DNA from: Octopus vulgaris | Lineage: Eukaryota | NCBI GenBank assembly: GCA_951406725.2 | Contig: OX597827.1 | Coordinates: 77,376,001-77,440,000, forward strand | Length of the DNA: 64,000 nt | Direction: 5' to 3' | In this document: in pieces, positions 24,795 through 39,032 of the stretch | Layout: each line of letters starts with the position of its first letter | Numbering within the stretch: the first letter of the stretch is position 1 | Notes under the pieces: generated by a model | Told to the model about the DNA's origin: nothing | The model's database searches: none | The model's input: only the letters and a program-made list of their open reading frames with translations | Translations under genes and position numbers: made by a program

Positions 24795-25720
24795 CAAGGA
24801 CAGCTGCGTAAAGGAGAGCTGATCTCTAAGTGTGGAGGGAACCTGTGGAGAGGTAGATCCAGGAAGACATGGAATGAGGTGGTGAAGCATGATCTTCGAA
24901 TGTTTGACCTAATGGAAGTGATGAGACCTTTGGTGAACGGCTGTGCTTAAGAAGACTTGTTAAGCCAAGTGAAAATTGTAGCTATGGCCGTTACCAGTGT
25001 CATGTGAATAGCAACCATGAAATTATATTCATGGCCATTGCCGGTAGGATGATCCTTGAATGTTGGGCCTGACAGAGGTGATGACAAGTGACCTTTGGTG
25101 AAATGCTGTGCCTGAGAAGACATGTCAAGCCAATTGATATCATAGTTGTGGCCATTGCCAGTGTCATGTGGATAGCACTCATGATATCGTGGTTGTGGCT
25201 GTTGCTGGTGTCATGTAGATGGCATCCATGCCGGTGGCACGTATAAAGCAGTGGTTTTCAACCAGGGTTCCGCGGAACCATAGGGTTTCACCAGTACGGT
25301 CCAGGGGTTCCGCAAGAAGTTACAAAACTGCTAAAATCGGCAGTAATTTTTAATTCTCCTGCACAGATATGTGTGCATAAAACTATTAAATTGTTGCACA
25401 GGGGTTCCCCGAGCCAGTGGAATGTTTCCTTGGGGTTCCATTCCAGCAAAATGTTTGAAAAGCACTGGTATAAAGCAACCATTACACTCTTGGCATGGTT
25501 GGCATTAGGAAGGGCATCCAGCTGTAGAAACCATGCCAAATTAGACTGGAATTTGATGCAGCTTCCCAGCTTACCATTTCCAGTCAAACTGTCTAACATA
25601 TGCCAGCATTGAAAATGTATGTTAAATGATGATGATGACGATGACGACGATGATGACGAAAATGATGATGATGATGATGATGATGACGACGACAACGACG
25701 ACAATGATAAATGATGATGC
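24795..25720 (+). mobile_element. RTE LINE 3' remnant interrupted by a hAT MITE
   Basis: RGRSRKTWNEVVKHDLRM, followed by the same 3' UTR and a (GAT/GAC)n tail. Confidence 0.8.
25249..25467. mobile_element. hAT (Charlie-like) MITE, 219 bp
   Basis: TIRs CAGTGGTTTTCAA / TTGAAAAGCACTG, with a perfect 8-bp TSD GTATAAAG (25241-25248, 25468-25475). Confidence 0.9.
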
Positions 25721-26597
25721 TATATCAGAATGATGAGTTATTAATTAGGGATTATCAACCTGGGCAAAGTACTTCTGAAGCTCTCTGTTAATACAAATAC
25801 GAAGGGCTAACAAAAGCTTTTCAGATGGCTATACAATTCCAGGTAATCTTAAGATAAGATTCAAACAAAAGCTATAAACTTTAGGGTTCACATAGTGTGT
25901 GCAGACTCTGAAAATGATAGTATTTGTTACGGTCACTCAATTTGTTTCCATTCAATCAGTCAACCAGTTGAGTAAATGGAACAATGAACTCACCTATAAT
26001 GTATACCAGAAACAGCTGTAAGTCTATGATGCACAAATATATAAATATATAAAACCCATTATTTATGTATTTTATATACCAGGTAATTGGAAAGTAACTC
26101 CCTATTTCAAAATACTTATAAATTATAAATTAATTGTAATAATTTTCTTAAATTTTGGGGGTTTGTTTTTTGAAGCATGAAAATTTAATCTGTAACTGTA
26201 TTGCTCTTGTCATTTATCAATGACTGAATGTCCACTTCCCACACACACACACACACACATACACACACACACACGCACAAACACACACACATTGGTTTCC
26301 TCTATCAGATGTGTCACATCTATCTGGTATTTATATATATATATATATAAAGATGCAGCACGAAGTTTCGTCAGTGAACAGATTGCGGTTTGAAAGCGAT
26401 GAAAATATTTTGACAAATTAAATTTAAATGTTGAAGTGAATCTAATGGTTTTTGTGTTTCTTAAATGGCTTATAAACACCTTCCACGCTGCAATTGTTTG
26501 CGTTCCAGCACACGATCTCAGATCAGGTCACTCGCTATGCAAATACACCTTTGTAATTTATATATATATATATATGTATGTATGTGTGTATATATGT

Positions 26598-26760
26598 ATG
26601 CAGGACTGGCTGTGTGGTAAGTAGCTTGCTTACCAACCACATGGTTCTGGGTTCAGTCCCACTGCATGGCACCTTGGGCAAGTGTCTTCTACTATAGCCT
26701 CGGGCTGGCCAAAGCCTTGTGAGTGGATTTGATAGACAGAGACTAAAGGAAGCCAATCAT

Positions 26761-26794
<34 letters not shown>

Positions 26795-27010
26795 ATGTAT
26801 GTATATATATGTCTGTGTTTATCCCCCCAACATCGCTTGACAACCGATGCTGGTGTGTTTACTTCCATGTCACTTAGCGGTTTGGCAAGAGAGACCGATA
26901 GAATAAGTACTAGGCTTACACAGAATAAGTCCTGGGGTCGATTTGTTCGATTAAAGGCAGTGCTCCAGCATGGCCGCATTCAAATGACAGAAACAAATAA
27001 AAGTAATAAA
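26598..27010 (+). mobile_element. SINE A copy
   Basis: Full-length match. Confidence 0.85.
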
Positions 27011-27989
27011 AGTAATACCAGATATCAAAATTTATGGGAAATGGGAAATGGAGAATTAATGACTAACAACAATTGACTTGCATCAATTATTATTTATTAT
27101 TTCAATGCAAATAGACTGCATCCCATCTGACAGCTGTTTCTGCTTCCAATGTTGCATTGCCATTGATATGCTACAAATTTTAACCTCTAACCCAGCTAGG
27201 CTACATACACCAGACAGATGTTACATGTCTGATATGGGAAACCAATGCCTAACACTTGTCTAACAGATGTGCACCAAACATTTTTTCCTTTCCACCGAAG
27301 TTGTCTTTGAGCCAAGTCTGCTCCTGACATAATCCAGAAAGTCATTCTCCTTACACAACTGATGACTATGGTGGAGATGATGAAGATAATGATGGTGGTG
27401 ATAGCAGTGGTGGTGGTTGTGGTGGTGGTGGTTGTGGTGGTGGTGATGGTTGTGGTGGTGGTGATGGTTGTGGTGGTGGTTGTGGTTGTGGTGATGGTTG
27501 TGGTGGTGGTGATGGTAATTGTGGCGTCAAGGGCGGAAGTGGCGTCAGCAGTGGCAGTGACGGTGATGAAGAGGAGTAGGTGGAGGAGGGTGGTGATAAT
27601 GGTAACTGTGGGTGCGACGGTGGTGATGGTGATTGTATTGGTGTTAGTGGTTGTGTTGGTGTTGGTGTTGGTGGTGCCGATTATAGTGATGGTGGTGATG
27701 GGTGGGCAATAAGAGTGGGGCAGGGAGCAATAGTAGTTTAAAGCCATTAGAGTGGTGCTCCTGTGGCCTTACCATTATTATATAGACTGAGCCTGGAACC
27801 ATGTTGTGGGAAGCAAGCTTCTTATCACACACCCACACCTGCACCCATTATATATATATGTAATACGAGCAAAACTACCCCCCCCCCGACCGCTGGACAG
27901 TACTGAGTTAGCAAACATTTAAACCAAATTTTCTCAAAACAACTTGTCCGACTGTCCCATAGGCCTCCCTCTTGAGAAACACTGATTTA

Positions 27990-28162
27990 ACCTAAATTTG
28001 AGACACCTGGAATCGATTTTTGTAATTTTTTCAAGACTCATACACGCCCTGATACCGTCAGTATCTACATATCAAATTTGAGCGTAATCGGATGGAGGAT
28101 GCCCGAGATCCTAGAAGACACACACACAGACAGACAGACAGAACAGATTTTATATAATAGAT
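27990..28162 (+). mobile_element. Possible Helitron-like (Lep1/HINE-type) non-autonomous fragment
   Basis: caaatttgagcgtaatcggatg...(gaca)n...ttttatataatagat architecture. Confidence 0.35.
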
Positions 28163-28351
28163 AATATAAATAATATATAAATATATGCATATATGCATAC
28201 ATATATGTACATACCTACATATATGTGTATATATACGTGTATATATGGGCACAGAACATCAAAGAAACATTGAACACAACGAGAAACGAAAACATAAAAA
28301 ACAAAAACATAGAAAATGAACTTTTTTTCGAACAATGAAAAAAACAAATAT

Positions 28352-29804
28352 CCACTAAACCACAAAAGAAACATTGCACTGTAAAAGATTATTGTTTTAC
28401 ACACAATATTGAGATTATATGGATTTCATCACACTTTTTGGTAATTAGACACCAGGAAGATGTCAGTGACCCACAACACTGTTCTCTTTTGAAAACGCAA
28501 GGAATGCATGAAAGGTTCAAATTCACTTTTCATAAACATGGTAATATTTGCAAATGCATCTTTATGAAAAGTATGATGCACATGCAAAATGGTGACTCAC
28601 TGGGTATAAAATGCACTCAAATTTACCAGCCTGTAATTCATTTCCCAAATGCAGTAAGCATGCCAAGACTGACATGAAATCAGAGGGAGCAAGCCATTGG
28701 ATGTCTCCATACTGGTCGATGTCCATGGGTCATTGCTAATGACTTGAACTGCAGTATTTGGACAATTGAGCTGCTGAGGTAACGATACAATGCCACATAG
28801 AGCACAGATGATCATCCAAACAGTGGCCGACTGAGGTACCACGGCATGTCAAGATCGCCACCTGTACCTACAGCAACTGCAGGACCAATTCCAGAGGGCA
28901 ACAGAATCAGCTAGGCAGACCGTAGGGGCTCACCACAGACCCATTTGTGCAGAGACAGTTCACAGCTGGCTAAGATATTTCAGTCTGTCTTGTTGATGTC
29001 TGGCTAGGGACCCCATCCTCACAGATTGTCATCAACAAGAACGTCTATAGTGGGCTCAAAAACACCAGAACTTGTGATATTAGTAGTGAAGAACTGTAGT
29101 CTCCTCTGATGAAAATCAGTATTGCATTTCTGTGGCAGATGGCAGAGCTAGGGTTTGGAGAAGAACGGGTGAACATCATGCTGATGGCTGTGCGGTGGAG
29201 AGAGACTCATGGGGAGGACAGAGCATCATGGTATGGGGCAGGATTGCACTCAACAAGAAACATGAACCGATGGTCTTCCAAACCATCAGCCAAGGCTGGA
29301 GCAATTGAGTAACTGCTGCTCGCTACATCGACTAAGTGTTGAGGCCTCACATTGTATCATACGTTGCCCGTCATCAAATCACGTGCTCCAACATGACAAC
29401 GCCCATGCCCATACTGCCAGGTTGACAACAGACTTCCTCCAACAGCACAACATTCAGACACTACCATGGCCTGCCCTAAGTCCGGACTCGAACCCTAGAG
29501 AGCACCTGTGAGAAGAAATCCATCCAAGAATGACAACTGCAGCACAACTCACTGCATGGGGCTGCTGTCTTGGTGCATTCTGTGTACAGAAGATGCCTGG
29601 CAGTAATCAACACTAACGGTGGTCACACGAGATATTGAGTTCTTCTCTTTGGATCCAGGACACTCCATCGTCATGGGGCACCAGGTGATGTCATTAGGAA
29701 AAAATGGTTTCTTAATTAGCGCTCATCAATCAATGCTATGGCTGTCTGTTAATAAACCGATTTCTATTTAGTGTGTGTGCAATGTTATTTTTGTGGTTCA
29801 GTTT
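28352..29804 (+). mobile_element. Full-length decayed Tc1-like (DD34E) transposon, ~1.45 kb
   Basis: TIRs actaaaccacaaaagaaacattgcac / gtgcaatgttatttttgtggttcagt. Pseudo-ORF ~28660-29640: MPRLT.NQREQAIG, VSSDE, SIMVWG, LQHDNAHAHTA, WPALSPDSNPREHL. Confidence 0.9.
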
Positions 29805-29828
29805 ATACCCATATATATTATATATATA

Positions 29829-30230
29829 GGCGCAGGAGTGGCTGTGTGGTAAGTAGCTTGCTAACCAACCACATGGTTCCGGGTTCAGTTCCACTGCGTG
29901 GCATCTTGGGCAAGTGTCTTCTGCTATAGCCCCGGGCCGACCAATGCCTTGTGAGTGGATTTGGTAGACAGAAACTGAAAGAAGCCTGTCGTATATATTT
30001 ATATATATGTATGCATGTGTGTTTGTGTGTCTGTGTTTGTCCCCCTAGCATTGCTTGACAACCAATGCTGGTGTGTTTACGTCCCCGTCACTTAGCGGTT
30101 CGGCAAAAAGAGACCGATAGAATTAGTACTGGGCTTACAAAGAATAAGTCCTGGGGTCGATTTGCTCGACTAAAGGCGGTGCTCCAGCATGGCCGCAGTC
30201 AAATGACTAAAAAAAGTAAAAAAAGAAAGA
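29829..30230 (+). mobile_element. SINE A copy
   Basis: Full-length, young-looking match. Confidence 0.85.
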
Positions 30231-30284
30231 TAAAGATATATATATATATATATATATATCAAAACAAATCAAAATAGATGAACA

Positions 30285-30843
30285 TCTTGTGAAGACCTGT
30301 TGAGGCAAGTGAAAATGAAAATCAAATCAAATCAAATCAAAACAAATCAAAATAGATGAACATCAATGGAATTTGTATCTTTGTGGTACCAGTGCCGGTG
30401 GCATACAAGAAAACCATCCGAACGTGGCCGTAGCCAGTACCGCATCGACTGGCCTCCGTGCTGTGGGCACGTAACAAACACCATCCGATCGTGGCCGTTC
30501 GCCAGCCTCATCTGGCACCTGTGTCGGTGGCACATAAAAACACCATCCGAGCGTGGCCGTCTGCCAGCCTCGTCTGGCACCTGTGTCGGTGGCACATAAA
30601 AAACACCATCCGAGCGTGGCCGTTCGCCAGCCTCGTCTGGCACTTGTGTCGGTGGCACATAAAATCACCCACTACACTCTCGGAGTGGTTGGCATTAGGA
30701 AGGGCATCCAGCTGTAGAAACACTGCCAGATCTGACTGGCCTGGTGCAGCCATCAGGCTCCCCAGACCCCAGTTGAACCGTCTAACCCATGCTAGCATGG
30801 AAAGCGGACGTTAAATGATGATGATGATGATGATGATGATGAT
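30285..30843 (+). mobile_element. RTE 3'-tail copy with ~61-bp tandem units
   Basis: Same tail as 18900-19428. Other copies at 15615-15962(-), 17115-17300(-), 21618-21968(+), 23570-23885(-), 31005-31152(-), 41190-41400(-), 43168-43385(-), 45521-45840(-) and 53943-54080(+). Confidence 0.8.
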
Positions 30844-30884
30844 ATGTGTGTATGTGTGTGTGTGTATGTATATATGTAATTCAT

Positions 30885-30931
<47 letters not shown>

Positions 30932-31184
30932 GTATATATGTATGTATAAGTGTGTGTGCATATGTGTGTATAGATATATATATATATACAGTGTGTATAA
31001 ATACATCATCATCATCATCATCATCATCGTTTAACGTCCGTTCTCCATGCTAGCATGGGTTGGACGGTTCGACCGGGGTTCTGGGAAGCCAGAAGGCTGC
31101 ACCAGGCTCCAGTCTAATCTGGCAATGTTTCTACAGCTGGATGCCCTTCCTAAATATATATACACACACATACACACATATTCT

Positions 31185-31570
31185 TTTATTCTTTTTTTAT
31201 TCTTTTATTTGTTTCAGTTATCTGACTGTGGCCATGCTGGAGTACCGCCTTTAGTCGAACAAATCGACTCCAGGACTTATTCTTTGTAAGCCTAGTACTT
31301 ATTCTATTAGTTTCTTTGGCTGAACTGCTAAGTTACAGAGACGTAAACACACCAACATCAGTTGTCAAGCAATGCTAGGGGGACAAACACAGACACACAA
31401 ACATACACGCACATACATATATATACATATATACGACGGGCTTCTTTCAGTTTCCGTCAACCAAATCCACTCACAAGGCCTTGGTGGGCCTGAGGCTATA
31501 GTAGAAGACACTTGCCTGGAACCATTTAGTTGGGAAGCAAACTACTTACCACACAGCCACTCTTGCACCT
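31185..31570 (-). mobile_element. SINE A copy
   Basis: Reverse match. Confidence 0.8.
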
Positions 31571-31609
31571 ATGTATGTATGTACACACACACACATATAT
31601 ATATATATG

Positions 31610-31650
<41 letters not shown>

Positions 31651-32269
31651 TTCAATTCAAACTTTGTTGCTGGTTTCAGTGAGTCACTTGTTACTTAATA
31701 ACAAATTTTTTACTGGATGAAAAGAAAGCAAAAAAGCATTGATATAAAAGATCATCTTATGGACCCTTCCCTTCCCCCCTGCCCATAACTGCTTCTCCAA
31801 GGAAACAAAGAAAAGAAAAAAAGAAAGAAAGGGGATTAAACAGAAGAAGATTGGGGGCTGAGGAAGTTAAAGGTTGCACACCACCCCACACCAAATGGTG
31901 TGTTCAGTCATGCATTGTGGACATGACTGCAAAGGGGTTGGTGCAGAGATTGGCCAGTGACCCTCACTGCAACGGCCACCCTACCTGGCAGGACTTATTT
32001 CTCAGACAGGTTGCTGTTATCCTGAATCTGCAGAAGAAATCATCAGTGTGTGTGTGTGAGGGGTGTTTGTAAACACTTAAGGTCTCAACAACAACTAACA
32101 CAAACTGAGAGCAGCAGGTCAGGCCCCTGCATTTGTTTATCATCCTCTGTTCTGCATTACGGGTTATATAAAATTATGCCACATCCTGAATGATCTCGCT
32201 CTCCACTTTGAGAAACACTGAATGCATTATACGCTGTATACTTACTAAAACAAACTGGAATTGTGAAAC

Positions 32270-32392
32270 TGAAACAGAGCTGCAAAAGCAGGGATCCAAC
32301 TGGAGGGAAACAGAAAAGACACCCCAGAGTTAAGGACCATTGAGAGAAGTCATTGATGGCCTATGCTTCATAGGGTGTGAAGGGCTTAAGTT
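32270..32392 (+). mobile_element. Short 3' end of a different RTE-like LINE
   Basis: ELQKQGSNWRETEKTPQS*GPLREVIDGLCFIG resembles the RTE terminal W...E..AQ.R..WR..V.GLC pattern. Confidence 0.4.
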
Positions 32393-33752
32393 AGTACATA
32401 GTAACTAGTTCCATTCATGACTGGGCACAAATTTCAAAACAGGGTATAGGACAAAAAAAAAAGCTGAGAAACACTGCATTATATGTTATTAGACAGCTGT
32501 TAGACATCTATATCACATCTGTTAAGCATTGACTTTATAACTGCTCATTTCTGTTACAACATCTGTTTGAGATCTGTCTGACATCTGTTACGCATCTCGC
32601 TCACCATACAAAAGTTGCTGATTCGTGATTTCATAAGCTTTGTGTGTCTGACACCTGACAAACATCAGGGGACGGACAGATAGGAGTAAAGATCATCAGT
32701 GGTCGCAATCGGATATTGGCAGAGAAAGAAGACCAGAAGGAGGTCCAGAAGGAGACTCTATCTAGATAGAAGTCAATGGATGCAACAGGAAGAGTGCCTT
32801 TCATGGCCTTGGCCCTTTAACCTGTTTGATATCAAACCACCTTAGACCAAACCTGTCCTTACTATTTTAAAGTGATGTAAATTTAAAACTTCCAACAAAA
32901 TTTCATATTCATTTATGTTCCAGACACCAACTTAATAACGACAAAGTTATTTTACTCAATACTTCATAATATTAAAACTTAATTTGAAACAAAAGCAATG
33001 CATTTCAACAGAAATAAGATAACAAAAGAGTTAAAGTGATGCAAATTAAAACCTTCCATGAAAATCTCATGTTGATTTACATTCCAAATATCAACTTAAT
33101 GATGGCAAAATCCTTCATTATTTTTAAAACTAATTAAAACAAAAGCAGTGTGGTAATGAAGGGGCTAACGAAGGGGCTAATTGAGACCAACCAGATTTTT
33201 TCAGACACAGCATGTTTTGGACTACATTGTCTGATGAATCCATACTTTTATAAGACAGGGTGTAATTCGAGGGAGATTTCATTGCTAGAGAGACTCCTTC
33301 GTTTGCCCTTAAAATTATAATTTTCTTAGGAAAGAGTGGGTGAAGTTAAAATTAGATAAAACATATGCATGGTTGTAACTCTGATTAAATGCTAAGAAAG
33401 CATTTTACAAACTTATCCAACCTACATCAGAGGAAAAAGTTTTACAAACCTATCCAACCTACATAGATATTGGAAGAAAAATTTCGTTCAAATCGATGAT
33501 GATAATGATGATGATGGTTGTGGTGGTGGTGTTAGTGGTGGTTTGTGGTGGTGTAAGTGGTCATGGTGGTAGTGGGATGGTGGCAGCAGTGATGGTATAA
33601 ATGATGATGATGATTTTCCTCATGTCCCAATCATGTTCCAGCCATGACCATCTTGAGAATAAAAAGGGTTGGTCATGGTTGAAATCTCATGATAAAGGTC
33701 TATCTAGGGTTGAAAAAATAGCGCAAAGAGAAAGAAGAGAAAGGAGGATTGA

Positions 33753-33783
<31 letters not shown>

Positions 33784-33964
33784 GGAGTGAGAAAAGCTAA
33801 AGAAAAAAAAAAGAGGAACCTTGTTAATTCTTAGAGAATACCAAATCTCTGACTAAAAGAAGGGAGGGGGGAAAATAATTGAAAAAAATAAGAAAAATAA
33901 GAAAATAAATAAATAAATAAATTACACAAGAATATTTAGAATGAAATAAATATTCCATTTATGA

Positions 33965-34043
33965 AATGAATGACGTGTGGGCGCCAAAACCTAACCATTA
34001 TTTCAACTGCCATCCTATATTTATATGGTGATACATATACTTG

Positions 34044-34076
<33 letters not shown>

Positions 34077-34498
34077 ATATGTATTTGTTTTTGTATTTCA
34101 AAAAAATTCTTCCTTCTCAAGAATTATAGTATTCCCCTTCTCCGTTGCCAGCAACTACCACCACCACCACCACCACCAACAGCAGCAACAACATTAACAG
34201 CAACAACAACAACAACAACACTTATTATTATGCCTCTACCACCACCACCGTCTCTTCCTCCTCCACCCCCTCTTCTTACAAACACCCATTTTATACTCTT
34301 GCATTGCTTGTTAATATGAAAGTGCAACCAAGCCGATCCGGACTTTTTTTAAGCAAAGTGAAAAAAATAATATTACACCGGTTTCATTGTTCTACTATTG
34401 GAAAAAAAAAAATTAATGTCCCGAGGGTTTTTTTGTTCAGCAATATCTGTTCCACTGCAAACCTTTCACATTCTACTGCAAACTAGTCAAAGGTAAGT
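33965..34498 (+). promoter_or_regulatory. Candidate promoter and non-coding first exon ending at a consensus splice donor (CAAAG|GTAAGT, 34492/34493)
   Basis: Perfect donor after unique sequence. TGACGT and GGCGCCAAAA (E2F-like on the reverse strand) at ~33971-33990. Lies at the start of a SINE-poor, CpG-retaining region. Link to the ZNF gene is unproven. Confidence 0.35.
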
Positions 34499-34587
34499 AG
34501 CAAAACTGAATAGCATCTCTTTTCAAAGACTGTGCAATGTTTTGCAGCCTTGAAGAAAAAAAAATAACAAAAAAAAAAGTATATATT

Positions 34588-34618
<31 letters not shown>

Positions 34619-35802
34619 ATATTTATATATATAAATGTGTGTGTGTGTGTGTGTAGCTAGTTGTGTGTATGAGTGAGCATGTGTTTGTATATATATGTAT
34701 GTATGCATGCGTATGTATAAAGTGGTCAGTGCTGGTCCGTGAAACTTTCGAACCCTTCACGCACGCACCACGCACGCACACACATAAATAAACACACACA
34801 TACGCATAACGGATAAACACGCGCAATTCGTTCATACACACCCACACCATACACACACACACTTTCATCGTTTCTACATCAAAACACAATCTCATATTTA
34901 CATATATATATATATTTATATATTTATACATACACACACACACTAAACTAACTCATACGATCACGTAAATTTATATATATATATATAATATATATATACG
35001 CACGCATACACACACACATATATGAGGGGTAAACACATACACACACACACGAGCGTAAACACGCATACGCACAGGAGGGTTAACGCGCACGCACACACAC
35101 ACACACACACACAAACACGAGGGTAAACACACGTACACACACACATGAGCGTAAACACACGTACACATGCGCAACACGCGCGCACGCGCTGCACGTCGAT
35201 TGTGAAGCATTTCTGAAATCTTCGTCATCATATTTTATTTGTTTATTTGTGTTTGTTCTCTTATTATCTCTCTCTCTCTTCTACACACACACACACACAC
35301 ACAGATAAATAAACACTCACAGATACACATGTGTGTTTTTTTAAATATATACATGCATGCATACACATGTGTTTATAAAATACATATGTATATAGCATGT
35401 GTATGTATGTTTGTTTGTATGTATATATGTATGTGTATATTTCATTTATTTGTATTGGATTTGTACATCACATGTATTTAGTATTTATATGCGCATATTT
35501 TTTATTAGCTAAGCACAGTACAAGAGTTACTTAGTGGCCTATATACATACATATATATATATATAAATATATATGTATGTATATATATATATATATATAT
35601 AAATATATATGTATATATATATATAAATATATATGTATATATATAAATATAAATATATATATATAATGAATATATATATATACACATTTACATATGTATA
35701 TATATATGTTTACATATGTATATATATTTATATAAATATAGAATCGTGTATCAAATATATCATGTATATCTGTGTGTGAGCATATATGTGTGTATATATA
35801 TG

Positions 35803-35841
<39 letters not shown>

Positions 35842-36235
35842 GTGTGTATATATATATATATATATGCATATGTATATATATTTCTACCTGTATATATGTA
35901 TATGCATATATATGTATATATATATGTGTATGTTTATATGTATATATATATATATATATATATTCGTTCATTTGCACCAATTTAACTCTATTTAATTCTT
36001 TGTTTGCGTTTTATTACCCTAGTCAGTTTGCAAACCATTATAGTCACGGGACTATATATATATATACATACATATATATATATATATTGCGCGTGAGTGT
36101 GGAAATGGAGAAGGGGGCAATGTTATACGCAGAGAAGGGTACAGGTCCCTATTTTTAATTTCGTGTCCCAATAAATCTTTAGTTCTTACTCCCACTTACA
36201 TATATATTTATATATACACACAAGCATACCACACT

Positions 36236-36280
<45 letters not shown>

Positions 36281-36439
36281 GTAATTTATATACACAAACC
36301 CATGCACATGCGTTATAGACATATACACACAAATATATACATATATCTGAATTTACACTATATATATATAGATATATACATCTTTCCTTAACAGTCTATA
36401 GCTCTCCCTCCCATTTTTACTACCTCCCCGTGTATATGT

Positions 36440-36486
<47 letters not shown>

Positions 36487-36564
36487 CCTATAACTTTTCT
36501 GCACATGTTCATCAAGGCCAACATATATACACCACGCATGTTTACACACGAATATCTGCGAGAC

Positions 36565-36960
36565 GAGGGTGCCTCTACGTGGTCGCTCGATATGCTAGAA
36601 ACGGCAGCCAAGTATTCCTACAGTTCTTAAAGAATCAGGAAAGGTACGTCGGATCATGTAGTCCCATGTAAAATATACATACACTATCTTTCTACAGAAA
36701 GGACGGTTAGTCACAGCTGGAATGTCTTTGATCGTAAGGTTTGCCCAGTTCAAGGCAACATTCACCCATGTGAGTGAGCCAACGGAGTCCCTTATACGTG
36801 GTCATCCGATCTGCTGCAAATAGGAACCAAATCTACCCTAAATCATTCCCCAGTACCCTTAATATTATCTATGTCTGCAAACAACAAATAGCGTGATGAT
36901 TGTGGGTGGAATATCTTAGCTGGGAGGTAGCTCAACCATTACCGACTCGGGGCTAAACAA
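36565..36960 (+). repeat. Old interspersed repeat family F, two adjacent copies
   Basis: ctacgtggtcgctcga..tgctagaaa..gcagccaa...ggctggaatgtctttgatc...gacctggggctaaac recurs, decayed, at ~880-950, 1915-2105, 4470-4600, 33200-33300, 38670-38820, 39630-39815 and 49140-49630. Confidence 0.6.
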
Positions 36961-37186
36961 TAACACGTGTATGCGTTTTTGTATGCATATAGGCCCCACG
37001 AGGGCAGTTTCTCAACATTGTGTATAAAGATTACATTCTTACACTGCAGGGCTTCCAGTTATTTACAATATTTAAATGCGCCAAAGTGCTCCCTTTCAGG
37101 CAGGGGACAAAATAATTAAGACCCCTATGGCGCATTTGGCGCGGCTGTATCACTGTAAGCGTAGAGAACTGTGTATATATGTATAA

Positions 37187-37243
<57 letters not shown>

Positions 37244-37419
37244 ATGAATAAGGTTGTATGTAATGTTGTGGATCTCACGCCTTTCCATGTGTTGATCTGC
37301 GATCTATCACACACGTTTGTGTTGCGTGTGTATGTGTGTGAATATATATATATATACACACACACATATATATATATAGAGAGAGAGAAATGTGTGTAAA
37401 TATATAGACACGTGTGCCT

Positions 37420-37459
<40 letters not shown>

Positions 37460-37924
37460 GTATATATTTATGTACATAATTTATTGTTCATGTGTGTATA
37501 TATGTACATTGCATTCAGACGTATATATAGTATTTATGCTACACACACACACACACACACATGCATATTATACACTATAAACAATACACTGCATAGCTAT
37601 ATCACCGAAGCTCCCCCCCCCCCGCTGCTCCATGTGTATACATGTTTTCGCAAGTATACGTATTTGTTACAGAAATAAATCTACATGCTGCTCACATGCT
37701 GCACTACAAGTGTGTATACGCATACAAACACACGCACACTCATGTATATTTATAACTTTGTGTACGTGTGCTTGTTTGAAATTGGGTTTTGTTTGTTACA
37801 CACAATATATATATAGGACTGTATTATATATATATACAGTACTAAATGGATCTGTGTGTATATTATATAAATATATAAATATATATATATATATAAACAC
37901 ACCAATATACTAAGATAGGTATGG

Positions 37925-37999
37925 ATGTATATCTATCTATCTATCTATTTGTCTATCTGTCTGTCTATCTATCTATCTGTCTGTCTATCTATGTATCTA

Positions 38000-38054
<55 letters not shown>

Positions 38055-38170
38055 GTATCTATCTATCTATCTGTCTATCTATCTATCTATCCATCTATCT
38101 ATCTATTTGTCTATCTGTCTATCTATCCATCTATCTGTCTATCTATCCATCTATCTGTCTGTCTGTCTAT
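37925..38170. repeat. (CTAT)n/(CTGT)n tetranucleotide microsatellite
   Basis: Direct inspection. Confidence 0.9.
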
Positions 38171-38999
38171 CTTCACATATACAGTAACAAGGTAATGTTC
38201 GCATAGGCCTGCACACATACACACACACATACACATCTCTAAACCTAAAGTTGACTTCGGATAGAAGCACAGCAAATGGGGATGTGTGATTATTAGGGGG
38301 AGGGTGAATGCGGCAGAATAGGGAGTTTATATTTTATAAGCCTCGGGGTCTTCCATGATATAATTCCATTCACATCCAAGATGCCTTATTAAATCGACTT
38401 CAATACTTCAAGGGTACTTCATCAACTCGGAAGCATAAAAGGCGGCCAAGTTTGACCTAGCTGGGATTTGAACGCCGTAAGTACATACTGCAGGCATTTT
38501 GTCTGACGCCCTCATTGGGCAAATCAATCTACGATACAAAAAAAAGAAAAAAAAACGATAGCGTTCCACCCATAACCATCCTGTCTTTTATTCCAACAAC
38601 ATTAGCAGGTTGACTGACAGTATAGGAAGCCCTCCCCCCCCCCGATTCACTGCACCAACTAATTGTTGTTTAATCCCAGGCCTAATCAAAGAGATCTACG
38701 ATCAGAGGTATTCCACCGTGACCGTCTTGTCTTGTCTCTTTTTAAAGCCCTTGAGGGTATAATATGAAGGAGAGGTTTTTTGGCTGCTATTCCTGTTTGT
38801 TTTCAGCGGTCACACAGTGCCCCTCCTCCTGCCCCCCCCCCCCCTGCCCGAACATGTAACCTTTTAACGGGGGATAAACTTTCGGAAAGGAAAAAACGGG
38901 ATATGCCTCGAAGCGAAGTATAATAATGAATGATATCAACTATTTATGTTCAGAAAGAAGAACATATATATGTATATATACATATATATATACACACAC

Positions 39000-39032
<33 letters not shown>

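Noticed and set aside
30400-30665. CRISPR-like ~61-bp periodic repeats
   Set aside because: Whole units are homologous with no unique spacers, there are no cas genes, and the array is part of an RTE 3' tail in a eukaryotic context.
31851-32072. 73-aa ORF in unique-looking sequence as a possible exon
   Set aside because: No recognisable domain or convincing splice sites.
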